A stretch of DNA of 56,530 bases from contig ADNK01000432.1 in the NCBI GenBank assembly GCA_000320545.1, forward strand, positions 1 through 56,530, read 5' to 3'. Made by a program: the position numbers and the translations under genes. Numbering within the stretch: position 1 is the first letter of the stretch; every line of letters begins with the position of its first letter. This DNA is from Bigelowiella natans CCMP2755 (Eukaryota; Protista; Cercozoa). This document shows positions 1 through 13,400 of this stretch, piece by piece. The notes beneath the pieces were generated by a model. The model had not been told where the DNA came from and ran no database searches. It saw only the letters and a program-made list of their open reading frames with translations.

Positions 1-299
1 CCTTTGGATTTTCTCTCCTTCTGGTCTGTGACCTCCGTTTGGGGGGGCTCATTACTTCGTCATAGAAACGATGCGATTGTTATCTATCGTGCATCATGCA
101 TTCATAGAAATAATTTACCCAAAAGACCCTTGCTCGGTTCAGCGATGGATCGTGAGAAACTCTTGAGTGTTGACCCACGTTGGAGGGGGGAAGATAGGAT
201 GAGGAGGAATGGGGATACATTGGCGTCTTTTTGCCTCCTGATACTATAAGACCAAGTTGTTATTTCCTCATAACTAATACACAATCACGTTATCCTTGT

Positions 300-346
<47 letters not shown>

Positions 347-1103
347 CTTGCGAATTAGGAACTAGATTACATCAACGACAGCCTGAAACGAGCAGAATAC
401 CACCTTCACAGTATGGAGTCATGGAGTGGAGCAATTGGAAACTACTTCAGAGTAGGCTACATTTTTATACCTACTTTCTTCTTGCCAGATACCATACCTT
501 TACAAACAGTAGAAATATAATGTTAAGATCCCGCACACACACGCAGCGTCACGTTTGCGCTCATTCGTGCAATATGTTAATAATAGGGTGCACCAAAGGC
601 AGAGAAATCAGGAACATGGTCTGCTACCAAGAAAAAGCTGCCAAAAGTGCCAGGTGCAAAGAGAGAAGATGGGTGTAGCTGATGATGGTTAATTTGGTAT
701 ATTCATGTTTATTATGCACATTTAACGTATATAGCACCCGTCGATACAGTCGTCTGTTTGTCATGCCAAATCATGAACTCAGGTTGGGGGTATTTTTTGG
801 TGTTGTTGCACTAGTGTTCGGTTGTCGAGAAGTCTCCCATGAATTTAGTTATTTCTCTGATCAAAATTACTGGTGTGAACCGCAGTTCCCGACTGCCCAT
901 CGACGGTGTGGCGCGGAAAGGAGATATCGGAGCGAAAAGTCAAGCGTGCATTGGAGGAGCTCAAGATACACAACTTCGTAGAAGGCGAGCACATCATGTA
1001 AATATTCAGAAAAGGGGAGGAGAGTAAGGAAATGTGGCTGCTCGTTTTGACTTTTATCACCTTATTTTTATCTCCTACTGCTTCGTCTTCTTCTTCTCCT
1101 TAG

Positions 1104-3012
1104 GTACTTCTGTTCGAATGCAGGACTTGTTGCATCTTCGCAAAAAGCTGCTGCAGATTGTGTCGTGATGACAAATTTGGGAGTTTTCCAAGTCGTGGGG
1201 GGAAAGAGGGTCGGCGGCACGACGGTTAGTATGTGTGCGTGTGTGTGTGTGCGTGTGTGTGTGTGTGTGTGTGTGGTTGTTTCTATGTATTTTGCGACGT
1301 GCACTGTCTGTCTCTCACAATGATGCCATATCCTGCTGACTTCCTCGCGTGAGAATATTCCGTATAATCTCATTTTTACTGCATTTGCGCAGGGAGGTCT
1401 AATGCTGCGATCTGTCCGTGAAGCTAAAATGGTCAAGGGAAGCCTGCTTTCGAATGACCGAGTATTAGTGGCCACGTGGAGCAAACGCGTGGCGGAATTA
1501 ACTTTCTGGTAGAAAGACTAATGTATAGTAGCCTGAAAAACGAAACGGTAGCAGCGACTTTCGATACTACTACGAGTGCTTTTGATCTTGCGACACGGTC
1601 GTTCATCGTCTCGCAAGAACAAGCAGCACAAATCATGCTTTCAGTGCTAGTAAGCAATGCGAGCAGTTTGTTTGGTTACATCAAAACGATTCCCGCGCAA
1701 TGGCTAGATCTAAGTAAGATGGATCGTTGTTAAATGTGTACGCAACAAGAAAACACCGATGGTGGTCTGCCATTTACACCACAACACGGGGGGAAGGAGG
1801 GAGGGGGGACAAACAGCGTCAGGGTCTCTGGCGGTACTGTTCTGTGTTCTGTTTTGCGCTCACTCGCCTGATATTTAAGTGTGTTGCTGGCGTCCAATTT
1901 CTCCCTCCCTCCCTCCCCCCATAGGAACCGCAAGAGCTCTGAGTTCATGACAGCATTGCTGAACCAAATCCCGAGCAAAAGCAGGTCCATTATTTCAATA
2001 AGTAGTGGTAAAGAAGCAGCAACGGCAGTTTGCGCACTTACACTCGCACACGCACGCACACACAAACGCATCCACGCACAATTGGACAAATTGGATAACA
2101 TACTCCAAAATGCGTTTCAGGGAATGGCAAGGTGCAGCTCGGGGTGCGACATCACAGCCGTCGCAGCGATCTCGCCGGTCCGCAAGCGCATTCGATGAGG
2201 CTTCACAGCAGGCTCGCACAGCGCGTGACGACGTGCGCTCCATGCGCCGGCAAAGAAGGAATCATAGCTCTCCCAATGGCGGCGGATTGAGGGAGGGCGA
2301 AACGTCGATAGAGCGTCTGGTAATAGCCAGGGCACGCTAGTTGTGTTTATAGCAGTAGTCGTCATCGTCGTCGTCGTCGTAGTAGTAGTAGTAGTAGTAG
2401 GAGGAGGAGGAGGAGGAGGAGGAAATAGTAAGGTGTAATGGGTGATAATATAACATAAGTAAATATGGATTTTTGCTACCTCTTCTTCTTCTTCTTCTCA
2501 CCAGGCCCGCGAGCATGACGAAGAGTTCAACGGGCAATTAGATGAGCTGAGCTCCGTGTTAGATAACGTAGCTTTCCAGGTTGTAGAATGCGTCCGCATG
2601 TGCATATGATGCATGTAGGTATACTAACCCATCGTCCAGTCGTTGGTGTTTTTAGTACTTCTTGTGCTTGATGATAACGATAACATTTCAGGCCAAGATG
2701 ATGGGAGATGAGCTGACAACGCAAAATGAACTCACTGCTCACATAAAGGTCAGTACTTGGCCAGCGGAAGGGTCGGAAGATGCGGATGCGTGCGTGTCAT
2801 TGCTTAGCGACTCACACCATTGTTACCGTAGAAAGGCCTTTCCTTCTACTGCACCAACGCTTTAAATCACGAAACAGCGTTTTTAATACTTAATTCGGTC
2901 TCTATGTCAGAAATTGCTTACGCGTTGTTATCCTTATCAGGAACGTGTTGAAGATACGCGCCAGCGCACACGCGCAAATGAACGTAGAGGGAAGGCGCTG
3001 CTGCGTGGATGA
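1104..3012 (+). CDS. PH-like domain + C-terminal Qc/SNAP-25-type SNARE motif protein (5' exons uncertain)
   Basis: Phase-consistent GT-AG exons at 1104-1224, 1393-1508, 1925-1984, 2121-2319, 2505-2579, 2692-2748 and 2941-3012. C-terminus EHDEEFNGQLDELSSVLDNVAFQAKMMGDELTTQNELTAHIKERVEDTRQRTRANERRGKALLRG* is a SNARE heptad with the G-x-E-xxx-QN zero-layer pattern and no TM anchor. The N-part (CVVMTNLGVFQV...VREAKMVKGSLLSNDRVLV...ELTFW...EFMTALLNQI) looks like a PH fold. Extra exons are possible around 612-872. Confidence 0.7.
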
Positions 3013-3326
3013 TTTGTCAGAGGCATGACGATTAATGTCCACAGATGTTTGAAATACACAAAGGAATAGCCGAGACAGACTCCGTTTAGATGTTACTCCG
3101 ATTGTTTAATGCATGCAACAATGCTAGATGGCTAGATGGGGACTGAGTATATTTTAATACTGTGCTTTATGTACTAGTCTGAAGTGTATGTTAATGAATA
3201 AATAACATTTCTATATTTTGGTGGTATATTAAGATGCCTAGATGTGTGTAGCCTATGTTAGATATGCGCTGCGCGCAACTAATTAAGAGCAAGCTAGCTA
3301 GCTACTAGATCTCTCTCTCTCTCTCT

Positions 3327-3377
<51 letters not shown>

Positions 3378-3680
3378 TGTATTATAATTTTGTTTGAGCG
3401 AGTAGTATTGCTGTCACATTTGGTCTCCATAAACTAGATAGCCGTTGCGCACGCTCGCATATATGTTGCAGTGCTACAATCGTTGGATGTAAGCAAAGTC
3501 ATGGGTGTCTCCAAAGCAGTTGATTGAGCTAGCGTGGATGATGCAAGAATAATGCAAGAATATAATTACTCTCAGATAAAATGTAATAATCATGTACGGC
3601 CACATAGAATAACACCGAGCACTACTCACTATGTATGTACACATGCGGCTGGGTTCGTTGTGAGCTACTGCAAATAAAAC

Positions 3681-4843
3681 CTAAGAATTCTTCGCCGTCC
3701 TGCCCTGCCTCCTCTCCCCCGCCCCCACTAACCTTCCTAGTTGCTCCATACCTAATGAGAGTATTCCAGCAGTGCTAAGGTAACCAGCAATTTGGCGGCG
3801 ATTCAACGTAATTGCTCCTTCATCTGCTTGAACAACTGGAACAGGTACAGGGATTTTTACGAATGGTATGGGATTTCGCCGTCGCCGCCTCCGTTCATTC
3901 TCAAGTTTTTGGGAGAACGCAGCAGCCTGCATCCCTATTTCCCTCTTCTTGTCCCTTAAATCTCTGTGAGTCTTGGCACTGTCAATGGCCGCTGCAATCC
4001 CCGCGACAGCGGCGACGGGAGCCACTGTGTGCATGGCATTTATTTCTTCTATGTCACGGGCAGTGACAAGGGGGTCGCCCTCTCTGAGCTTCATTCTAAG
4101 ACGTTGGACCTCTCTCTCCTCCAGTTTCTCCTGAACATGCTTAGTCATTCCATACGCAAAGGAGCCCAGGAGACCAACAACAGAGAGTCGCCTTCCAAAA
4201 TCGGAGGCCTGTTGTGGCTGATTCTTTCGCTGGGTTACCACTCGAGGTCTCTTTTCAGCCGTTTGCTCCAGCTCCAGCAGTAGGTTCCTTTGCTTCTCTA
4301 TTTCCCACTGCTGCCTTTTTTCAGTGATTCCTAATTCTTCCAGCCTCAGTTGACGCTTGTGCTCGCAATTCATCATATTGTGCTTTGATACCTGAGGGGG
4401 GCGCATTTCTGCTTCAGAGCGGGTTGGATGATGGAAGCAGTGTCTACTATCACAGCTCGTTTTGGTGGTTTCAACTTAGAGATTAGTACTGTAGTGCAAC
4501 ATATCACCTTTGCTAGGCTGCTCCAGTAAACTGGATCACCGTGACTGTCACTCTTTTAACCATAAAAAAGGAGGAGGAGGAGGAGGAGCAGGGGGGGGAG
4601 AAAAAGAAGAACTTTAGTACGTTGATGAAGATGCACGCTCTGATTTCAAAGAGCTAAACCGAACGAAAGGATGCCAACCTTTGTCTGCTTTCTTGCGTTT
4701 GACGTGGTGGTCACTATTCTAGCAGCCGGTATCGAGCGCAAAGGCCTCCGGGCTATACTGTCCACAGATGGTGTGGTGCGGACAGGGGGGGAAGAAGCTG
4801 CTACGAGGGCCTTGAAGAGTAACAGATACACGACGATCATCAT
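3681..4843 (-). CDS. Hypothetical protein with N-terminal signal peptide plus basic S/T-rich segment (possible bipartite plastid targeting) and coiled coils
   Basis: 241-aa ORF 3681-4406 has protein-like composition (coiled coil, short hydrophobic stretches). Upstream ORF 4646-4843 starts MMIVVYLLLFKALVAASSPPVRTTPS... The splice join between them is not resolved. Confidence 0.5.
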
Positions 4844-5529
4844 GAGATTCGGAAGTCAGTGGTGAGATAATGAGTTCGGATTATGAAGCGTCGAGTCTTG
4901 GGTGCACGTGACCAACCGACGGCACAAGTGCAGGTGTTTCGATGCTCGGAATGCTCTCTATTATCCCGTGGTGGATGCTCCATTTTGCCTATGCGACAGC
5001 GGTTGTGCTGCCAATCAAGTCATTCCTGAATCAGGTAATCACGGAAAGGGGGCCTCTTTTCCTCTCCCGAGTTCCTTCACTCCTTCGTTTCTAACCCATT
5101 TCCTGCTTCTCCGGAACAGAAGGAACTGGGCGGCGGCACGCGAACCGAACCGTGCAGCACGTGCTTTCTTTGCCGACGGGAAAATGGCCTCAATTTTCCC
5201 TCGGCGACAACACCGATATCGGCTGAAATAGTGGCAACTCGATGTACCGGTTTGTCGTAGTTTGAGTTACTGCTGCTGTGTATTCCCTAGTAGTAAGTAA
5301 ATAAAAGAAGAAAGACTGAGTTGGAGGGCCAATACCGGTAATAAACAAGAAAGTAGCCGGGAAAAACGACGTCGCTGTCCAATAAATCCAGGACGTTTGT
5401 CGTTAAGAACTCGGTATTTGCTAAGCGAATCGTACCCGTTACACAAAAGATAAATATCTATTCTTAGATCTACGCACAGTGTACGACCTACCCCAACAAA
5501 CAGCAGCGCCACCAGCAGCGGCAAGCAAC

Positions 5530-7132
5530 ATGAGCATCGAGTGGAAACAGTCCGGAGACCCAGAAAAGTGGCAGAAGACGCTGGCTGAACTCGCCCCCAA
5601 GCATGGGAAAAAGTTTGGCTACCAGAAGCACTATGAACGCTTTGTGGCGGAATTGATGAAGGATGTCGGTGATGTCCACCGAGAGCACACGATGGAGGTC
5701 TACAAATGCGAAGGACGAGACTCGTTGGATTTCCTCCGTGGAGGAAAGAAGACAATGGATGCGCTGGAGAAAGAGTTAGACTTGCACAAGGAGGGGGAGA
5801 CAAAGCACAACGAGGTGATTAACCAATTGCGCAACTCTTGGCACTTCCTTTCGGATTATGCCTCGGACTTTTACTATGACAAAGATCAACCTTGGATGAA
5901 GGAGGAAGGGTGGCAAAGTAAGACGCATGACGGAAAGCCAGTTCCTAGCCTTGACAAAGTTTTTGAGGAGCTCGACATCCGTTGGTCAAAGGGCGGGGAT
6001 CCAGAGAAGTGGAAGAAGTGGCTTAAGGAAGTTGAGCCGAACTACGGCGATCATTTCAAGTGGCTGCACAGACGCCTGGCTCGTGGATTATTGAAGGATC
6101 ACGGTGACGAGGAAAGGGAATGGGTGGTACAAGTTTACAAAGGGCAGGGAGATGATGCGCTTTGGGGCCGCCCACGGAGCATCCCATTCGACGAGAAGGT
6201 TATCAAACTTGTACCCTGCTTTGCGTAGATACACGGGCGCACACATACAAACAATTCACACAATCACACACAAACACAAACACCCACACTCACTCGTGCA
6301 CTAATGTGCATGTGGTTACTCAATTAATGAACGGGATGCTGGTACATATCAGCAAATGCGCAAGTTCGCAGCTAAGAAAGCGAAAGTGGAAGCGGAAGAA
6401 AAGATGGATCTCGTGACAGTTGCTCTATACAATGCATGGATGGCTAAACTTCGAAACCACTGGGGCTACCTCGCAAAGTATTCAGAGCTCCCTGGGCTAC
6501 AGCGAGGGAAAACTAGCTGGAAGGAAAGACCTGGGTTCCAGCACTGCACAATTGCAAATGGCGGACGTCGGGGAGGGCAGGTAGAAAGCCTGACGGAGAT
6601 ATTCAAGGAAATGGGCCTTGAGGGAAAGACGGAATACAAGAAGGATAAGTCTACTACTCCTGAAAAGGTTCTGAAATGGCTCCAAGATATTCAGGTTCAC
6701 TCGTAACCCCGCCTATAACTCTGCTCGTATTTCTAATCTTCCGACACCAGCGTCCTGATCTCATAGTTCCAACCCTGAACTATATTCTATCCTTCTATAA
6801 CTCAGCCAAACTACGGAATCTTCTTCGACGAGCAGCACCGCATGCTCGCACGGGTAATGCTAGCGGACATTACTGAAGACGAACGCTGGTATATCACAGG
6901 AGTCTTTAATGGCACCGATGAGGATGACTCGCTGATGCCTCCTGATTGCGTTAAAGTATTCGAACCAAAATTGGCAGAGGCTCTGAAGAAGAAGGCAGAG
7001 CTAGAGGCCAAGAATGACCCACATGTCGATTTGGTTCCTATTGAATCACAAATCAATCTTTGGTACACGAAGCTAAGGAATCATTGGACATACGTTACCC
7101 GATACGCAAAGAGAACTGCTACACCATATTGA
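5530..7132 (+). CDS. Uncharacterised protein with about 3 internal repeats of ~150-170 aa
   Basis: Exons 5530-6210, 6353-6694 and 6806-7132 join at phase 0. Splicing restores the repeat alignment: KWKKWLKEVEPNYGDHFKWLHRRLARGLLKD versus KVLKWLQDIQ|PNYGIFFDEQHRMLARVMLAD. The LRN(S/H)W motif occurs 3 times. The true start may lie upstream. Confidence 0.8.
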
Positions 7133-8772
7133 ATGCGTAGTGTGCGAATCGTGTCGATTTTAAATGTTAAAACGCAAAATCTGTAATGTCGATCTGTCAT
7201 GTCGATCAAATAATGTAACAACATAACCATAACATACATCTAGTAGTCTACTAGTGCTGTGTCAAAACGTGCATCGCACAACCTAGCGCAAGTAAGAAGA
7301 TTCTGTCGATGTCATGCATTCTGAAGAAAACCACGACACATGACACTCTAGCACGCCGGAAAAATTGAAAATAATTTTACATTGAGCAATTAAGACATCT
7401 AATTTATTGCCTCGAAATTACACGGGGGTTCTAGCTTTTGGCAAGCAAGAAACAAGTCACATGATTGTGCATCATTGTTATTTTTTTTAAGGCATGAGTG
7501 CAAGGCTAGAAGGCAAGAGACACGTCTATGGACGCCATGCACTTGTACATGTGCTTGATCTCTTGCTTTGATTAGCTCTAGTGCGCACCGCGATCGACAA
7601 ATGAGGCATGCAGCAGCACTATACCATGCTTCACATTTCATTTCCCATCTACAATCAGTAGCAAAAATTGCGAAAATGCGCAACATGAAAATTTGGCTGC
7701 TGACCTACTGCTGAACTGAATTGCTAGAATGACATGACGAAAATCACAGGCATGTCACATGTTTTTTGTGAAAAAAATCTTTGTTAAAAATCGTAAATGA
7801 CATGGCAAAATCCACATCAATTTCACGGCAGTCTAGCAGTCTCCACAGCGTCATTGTCATGCTAGCATGTGCCCTGAGAAGCAGACTTGCAGGCGTAGCT
7901 GCATGGCCACATGCATCGCAGGTGGCAGCCCACAGTGAAATGCAGTGCACGCATGCAGCTTCTTTCTCGCAACCTCCACCTATCTAGCTGTTATTCACAT
8001 GCTTGCTGGCATCGCATGCAATAAGCTAGCCAGTGGCGTGAGAAAACACGCATCTTGCAGATCACGCAAATTGAACCCTCGAAGTCCATCTTGTCATGCA
8101 TGCACATCAGCCAACCTACACACTGCGCTAGTGCGATCGACCATTACAACACATCAGCATTTGCCCTTCTTCTGTCGATGTGCCACAAGGCAAGCACATG
8201 TGCAAGCAAGTGTGCAGGCAGTGCATGCCATTTTCTAGTTTTCTCGTGTGAGCATGTGGAGCAACAATCTAGCAATCTAGCAATGCTAGAATGCGCGCGA
8301 ACTAGCGAATTTGCATCAGCTGACATTCTAGTATTGCTCCGTCACACTTTCTAGCTCTGTGAAGGATGGCTACAGAACATCTTTTAAACTCCAAACACAT
8401 TTAAATCGTTGCACAATCTTTCGAGTTATAGAGTCACACCATGAAATGTAATATGAACTTTACTATGTGCATGCAGGTTTACTGTGCAGAAACAATTTCA
8501 GCACTCGCTTTGTAATGATAGCGACAGACTAATTCGTAAGAAAGCTCCCGGCGAATAGATGCCGTTCTATACCATCATTAACTTTCTTCATGGCTGATTT
8601 TGTCACAAGAGAAAGAACGATGAATCATTTGGAGTGCTAGAGTGGGAACCCTATATCTAATACATAAAAAAATACACATACACCTGAGTACACAAGTATT
8701 TACACGTGCTGATTTAGGAGCGAAGATGATAAAAGGGGGGTCAGTTGTTTCCATTCCATCCTTCAGACTTGG

Positions 8773-8815
<43 letters not shown>

Positions 8816-8917
8816 GCTACTACTACTGCTACTACTACAAATGAATCGTAGGATGTTTGGTGGTCATCAACATTTTGTCATCTGTTGGATATCTAATAGC
8901 AGGGCAGCATCTATTTG

Positions 8918-10415
8918 CTATCCATTGCTTTCTCCGCTTCTGCTGTTGCCTTTTCCATGAGTCCACCTCGGGTTGAGCAGTGATGATACGATATCAATCG
9001 CGACGGTAGCAGCCTGGCTAGCAACGCCACTGACCTTGGAATTAGATGGAAGAGGAGGCGGAGCGGCGCTGGCGCTTGTCTTCGTTGTCGCAACAGCCTC
9101 AGCCGTGACCGTTTTCGTTGTGTCCATCGCCGTCTTCCTCCTCATCGTTGTAGTTGTCTGCTGCTGCTTTTCATCTTCATCTTGATGAGAATGATGGGAA
9201 GGATGGTGCCTTCTACTATGAGAATCATCATTGCTCTTACTATCATCATCATCTTCATCACCTCGCGCAGCCAGAATTGCTTCTCCTACGTCGGCGCCCT
9301 TTTTGTTGTTTATGTCGTTGTCCTCATCGTCGCCGGGATGATGATCCGAGTCCGTTCTCTCGTCATCATCATCGACTTCAGTACCATCATCATCATCATC
9401 ATCATTATCATCATCCTCATCGACTTCGGTACCATCATCATCATCATCATCATCATCATCGTGAGGCTCTTTCCGCTCCTCCTTGTCGTTACTCTTCTTC
9501 TGCCGCTGCTCTTCGTCATAAGAAGGTGTCGTGTTGTCTTCACCATCGCCGATAATATCAGTATCAGGATCTTTCTTAATTTTCCCCTTTCCCTTTCCTC
9601 CTCCTCCTCCTCCTCCTCCTCCTCCTCCTTCGTCGTCGTCATTATTGTCATTATCATTGTCGTAGTCCAAGTAGCCGGTCATGTGTGAAGGGTCCTCCGG
9701 TTGTGAACAAGACGAGTGCAACGGATCCCAACCATTCATTGGACAGAACCTGACGACGACGACGACGACGACGACGACACACAGCAAACGAAGAACACGA
9801 ATGACGACGACGACGACGACAACATTGCCATAAGCACAAAAGCAAGAAAGAAAGAAAGAAAGAAAGAACAGGGGCAGAAGCAATGACAATCTGCGTGCAG
9901 CGACTATACTCGCTGGTCAGTCGGTATCTGGTGCTATAACAATAACAACAACAACAATGGAATACTGCTACTTCTTACTACCACATGGGTGGGAGCGTCT
10001 GAGTATCCGTGCCAGGCTCGAGCTGTCGCCATTTCTTGCACATATCGCACTGAACCCATTCCTCCTTTGCATCTTCTACTCGTTCTTCACCCTCCCCCCC
10101 CCCTCCTAGTATCCCTCCCATTGTTGCAGATGGTAAGCGTGGCGCCGGCACTACCAGGGTGGGAGGGGCGGAGCGTGAGCTTTTCCCTCCGTAAGTTTGG
10201 CTTTTCTCTACCGCCTCCGTTGGTTTCTTCCGCCGCCTTTTTGGTCCGGAAAAGAATGTTTTTTTTGTCCTCCTCCTCCTCCTCTTCGAACGCTTCTTGC
10301 TTGTAGTAGCGAGGGAGGGAGAGTTGTCAGAGAAAGTGCTTTTAACGGTAAAAGTTGGCGTTGATGACGATGACGATGGAAACAACGACGATGCGACTTC
10401 ATAGCCTCTTCCTCC

Positions 10416-10448
<33 letters not shown>

Positions 10449-13400
10449 CTTCTTCTTTTTCTTCTTCTTCTCCAAGCTCTCTTGCTGCTGCTGTCCACAC
10501 CTCTTCCTGCTACCACCTCGCTCTGCATTAGCGCTTAAGGAGAATGTAATTGAGGAGGAGAGGATGGGGAGGGGAGGACGGGAGACAGCGGCTATTTTCG
10601 ATGCTCCCGTGCTCTCCTTATTATCAGCACCCACATTTCTTCTTCTTGTACTGGGAGAAGCAGCAGCAGCAGCAGCAGCAGTAGTAGCAGTAGCAGTGGC
10701 ATCGTCGGTGAGCATCTGGATGATGCGATCGAGCTTTGTCTCTTTGTACGTTTGATAAAAGGCGAAAAGGGCATCGAGGGGGGGGAACGGCTCATGCGAC
10801 TCCTCGATCTGAATGCCGTCGACCTCCACCGTATCGTAGGTGATGGCTTCTTCCCCGACATAATCATGATGGTGATGGTGCGGAGGAGAATACTGATTGA
10901 AATTCCTCCGGCTTCTCCGTCTCCCCTGGCCGCGCCCCCCGCTTCCGCGTCCCCTTCCCCTGCCTCGGGGGGTGAGGGTTTCATCCTCATTCTCCTCATC
11001 CTCAACTGCTTGATCTGCCGATAAGTGATGATGTAGGAAGTGGAGGAGTGAGATGAATGAAGCGAATGGCGGTTCGACAGCAGAAAACAGAGGACAGAGG
11101 GGGAAGGGCAAGGGGGGGGGGGGGGGGGGGGGCACAAGATAGATAGCGCACACAGATCAGACGATGATCGGATTGGTCATGATGGATGATGGGAGGAATA
11201 GGGAAAACAGCAGGAGCAGCATCTAGATCAGATTGTACACGTCGCACGCGTGCGTCATCCTCACTTTCCTCCCCAGGCAGGTGTAAAAGCAGAGAAATAA
11301 TCAACGCATTATTATCGGTTAGTGCCTCTCATCATTCCTCTCATACAATATCAACACAAGTAGCAGCAGGAGAAGGAAGAGGAGGAGTACAAACCGGATA
11401 AAAGAGGCATTAAACTCAATTGCAGCGGCTTCGCCCCCCCTCCCCCTCCTGCGGCTGAGTTCAACGTCGTGGTATTCCTGGCGAGGGCCAGGAGGAGGTC
11501 TTCGGCAGCCCGGACAAGGGAAGGGAGAGCGGGCGTCGAAGGCAGCTCGATTCGGAGAAAACAGCAACGAAGAATGTTGAAAACGCGCTGGATCCGAGGC
11601 ACGAGCCGTTGCAGCAGCGTTTGCAGTTTTTTCCTCTCAGCAAAAAGGCCTTTACACCGCCGTCGTAAGGACTCAAGGCGCGGTGCGTATTTATCGTATG
11701 CCCGCTTCTCCCTCTCCATTGCTGCAGCGTCCTCGTTCTTGTGAGCTCGGTAATGGTTAACGAGGTGGCATCGCCTGCTGAAGCGCCGTAGACACACAAG
11801 GCAACTGAACGTTGGCGTCTTCTTCTTCTTGTCGCTTGTTTTGGCCGTCTTTTTGTCATTCCCGCCCCGCACATCGCTTGGGACGGCAGCATTGCTATTC
11901 GTCGCTTCAACCCCCCCTCCTAGGCGAGCTGAAGAGCTTCCCCCCGTTGGCGATGAAGGGGAGGAGGATAGAGGAGGAGGAGGAGAGGCTGAAGCAGGCG
12001 CCAACTTTCCTTTTACAGCTTTCCTCAGGGAGCTCATCTTGCTTGTCGCCTCTTCTAGCTGGCGGCTGATTGTCGTTTGTTTCATAATCATCGTAGCACC
12101 GGAAAGCAAAGGAAAAGGTAAAAAGGGGACGAGCAGAAGATTGTGAAACAGACGATGATTAGAGATGGCAAACGACGTAAAAACCGAAAGATTGAGCGGG
12201 AAAAGAGAGGAGGAAAGAAGGGGGGTGGGGGGTGGGGGTGAAATAACTACCACAACAACAACAACAACAACAACAACTTATACTACAACAACTACTACTA
12301 CTACTACTGCTTCCCTCCTCTCCTCCTCGTTCCCCTACCATTGGAACATGTTTACCTGAGTTCTGCGATCTTCTTCTCGGGCATCGAAATCTTCATCTTT
12401 AGTTCGTGCGTGGCACTCTTCAGCTTGCTCTGCAAACCGCCGCCGCCGCCACCAGCACCACCACCACACCGCGAGCATCATCATCATGATCAGCATCCGC
12501 AGGGAGCACCGGCCGTACGGAACGGAATAGAATAAACAGAGACGCGCAGCAACATTGGGAGAAACAAAACAACGGTGTGTGTAAAGATCAGTGGATGAAG
12601 GAGATCATCAATTCGAAGTGCAAGGCCATGAGTGTGAGGCCAGATAAGTAAATAAAGACTATAGTGCATCTCTATGGAGCTAGCAAACACGCCCCACTCC
12701 CACCTTAAGGTCTTTGATCTTGTCCTTTCCCCGCTGTGTCTGCTCTTCCAGTTTGCTGATGCGCTTTCGCTCTGCCTCACGTTCCGCCTTCATTGACGTT
12801 CTCAGGCTATTGATCTCCTCTTTGTACACGCTTATCACACCCGTCAGTCGCTGCTGCTTTTCTTGGCTTTTCTTTGCTTCGTCTCGCGCCCTATCTGCTT
12901 CCTGGATCGGTTTGAATGATCGAGGAGGAGGAGGAGGAGGAGGATGAAAGGGCATCGGAGAGCACGACAGACAGACAAATAGAGGGAGAGAGAGAACGAG
13001 AGAATGGTGGTGGTGGTAGTGGTGAGAGCATACCGCTATACTACAACTACTGCTATGCTACAACTGCTGCAGATACCAACTTGCTGCTGCTGCTGTGATA
13101 AAGCGCCAGATTGAGGAGTGCTTATATCTATTGATCTATCCATCTATCTGCCAGCTCCCTCATCGTTTCCCCCGCCTCACTCACCACCGTTCCTCACCCC
13201 TCTACTCTATTTACACGCCTCACTCACCACCGTTCCTCACCCCCTCTACTCTATTTACATACCTCTTTCGTCTCCTTCTTTCTCTTCTCCGCCTCATTCA
13301 GAGAGTTCTGCAGTGCTTTCTTAGCCTCCAGAAGAGCGCCATTGGCATCCTCGAGCTCCCTCTTGTTCTCCTCTAGCAGCTCAGTGGCCTCCTTCAACGC

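Noticed and set aside
1476-1733. 85-aa protein-like ORF
   Set aside because: It lies mostly within the 1509-1924 intron of the SNARE gene model, starts at GTG and has no recognisable motif.
7240-7254. ctagtagtctactag mini-palindrome as a Helitron 3' end
   Set aside because: CTAG is very common in this tract, and there is no GC-rich subterminal hairpin, matching 5' end or Rep/helicase remnant.
9154-9688. Poly-His, poly-Ile and poly-Met ORFs here and many similar low-complexity ORFs across the track
   Set aside because: They are translations of (CAT)n and other microsatellites in non-coding frames or introns.
13173-13258. 43-bp direct repeats (and the 51-bp pair at 54651) as possible CRISPR-like arrays
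   Set aside because: Only two adjacent copies, no unique spacers, no cas genes and a eukaryotic context; these are simple tandem duplications.
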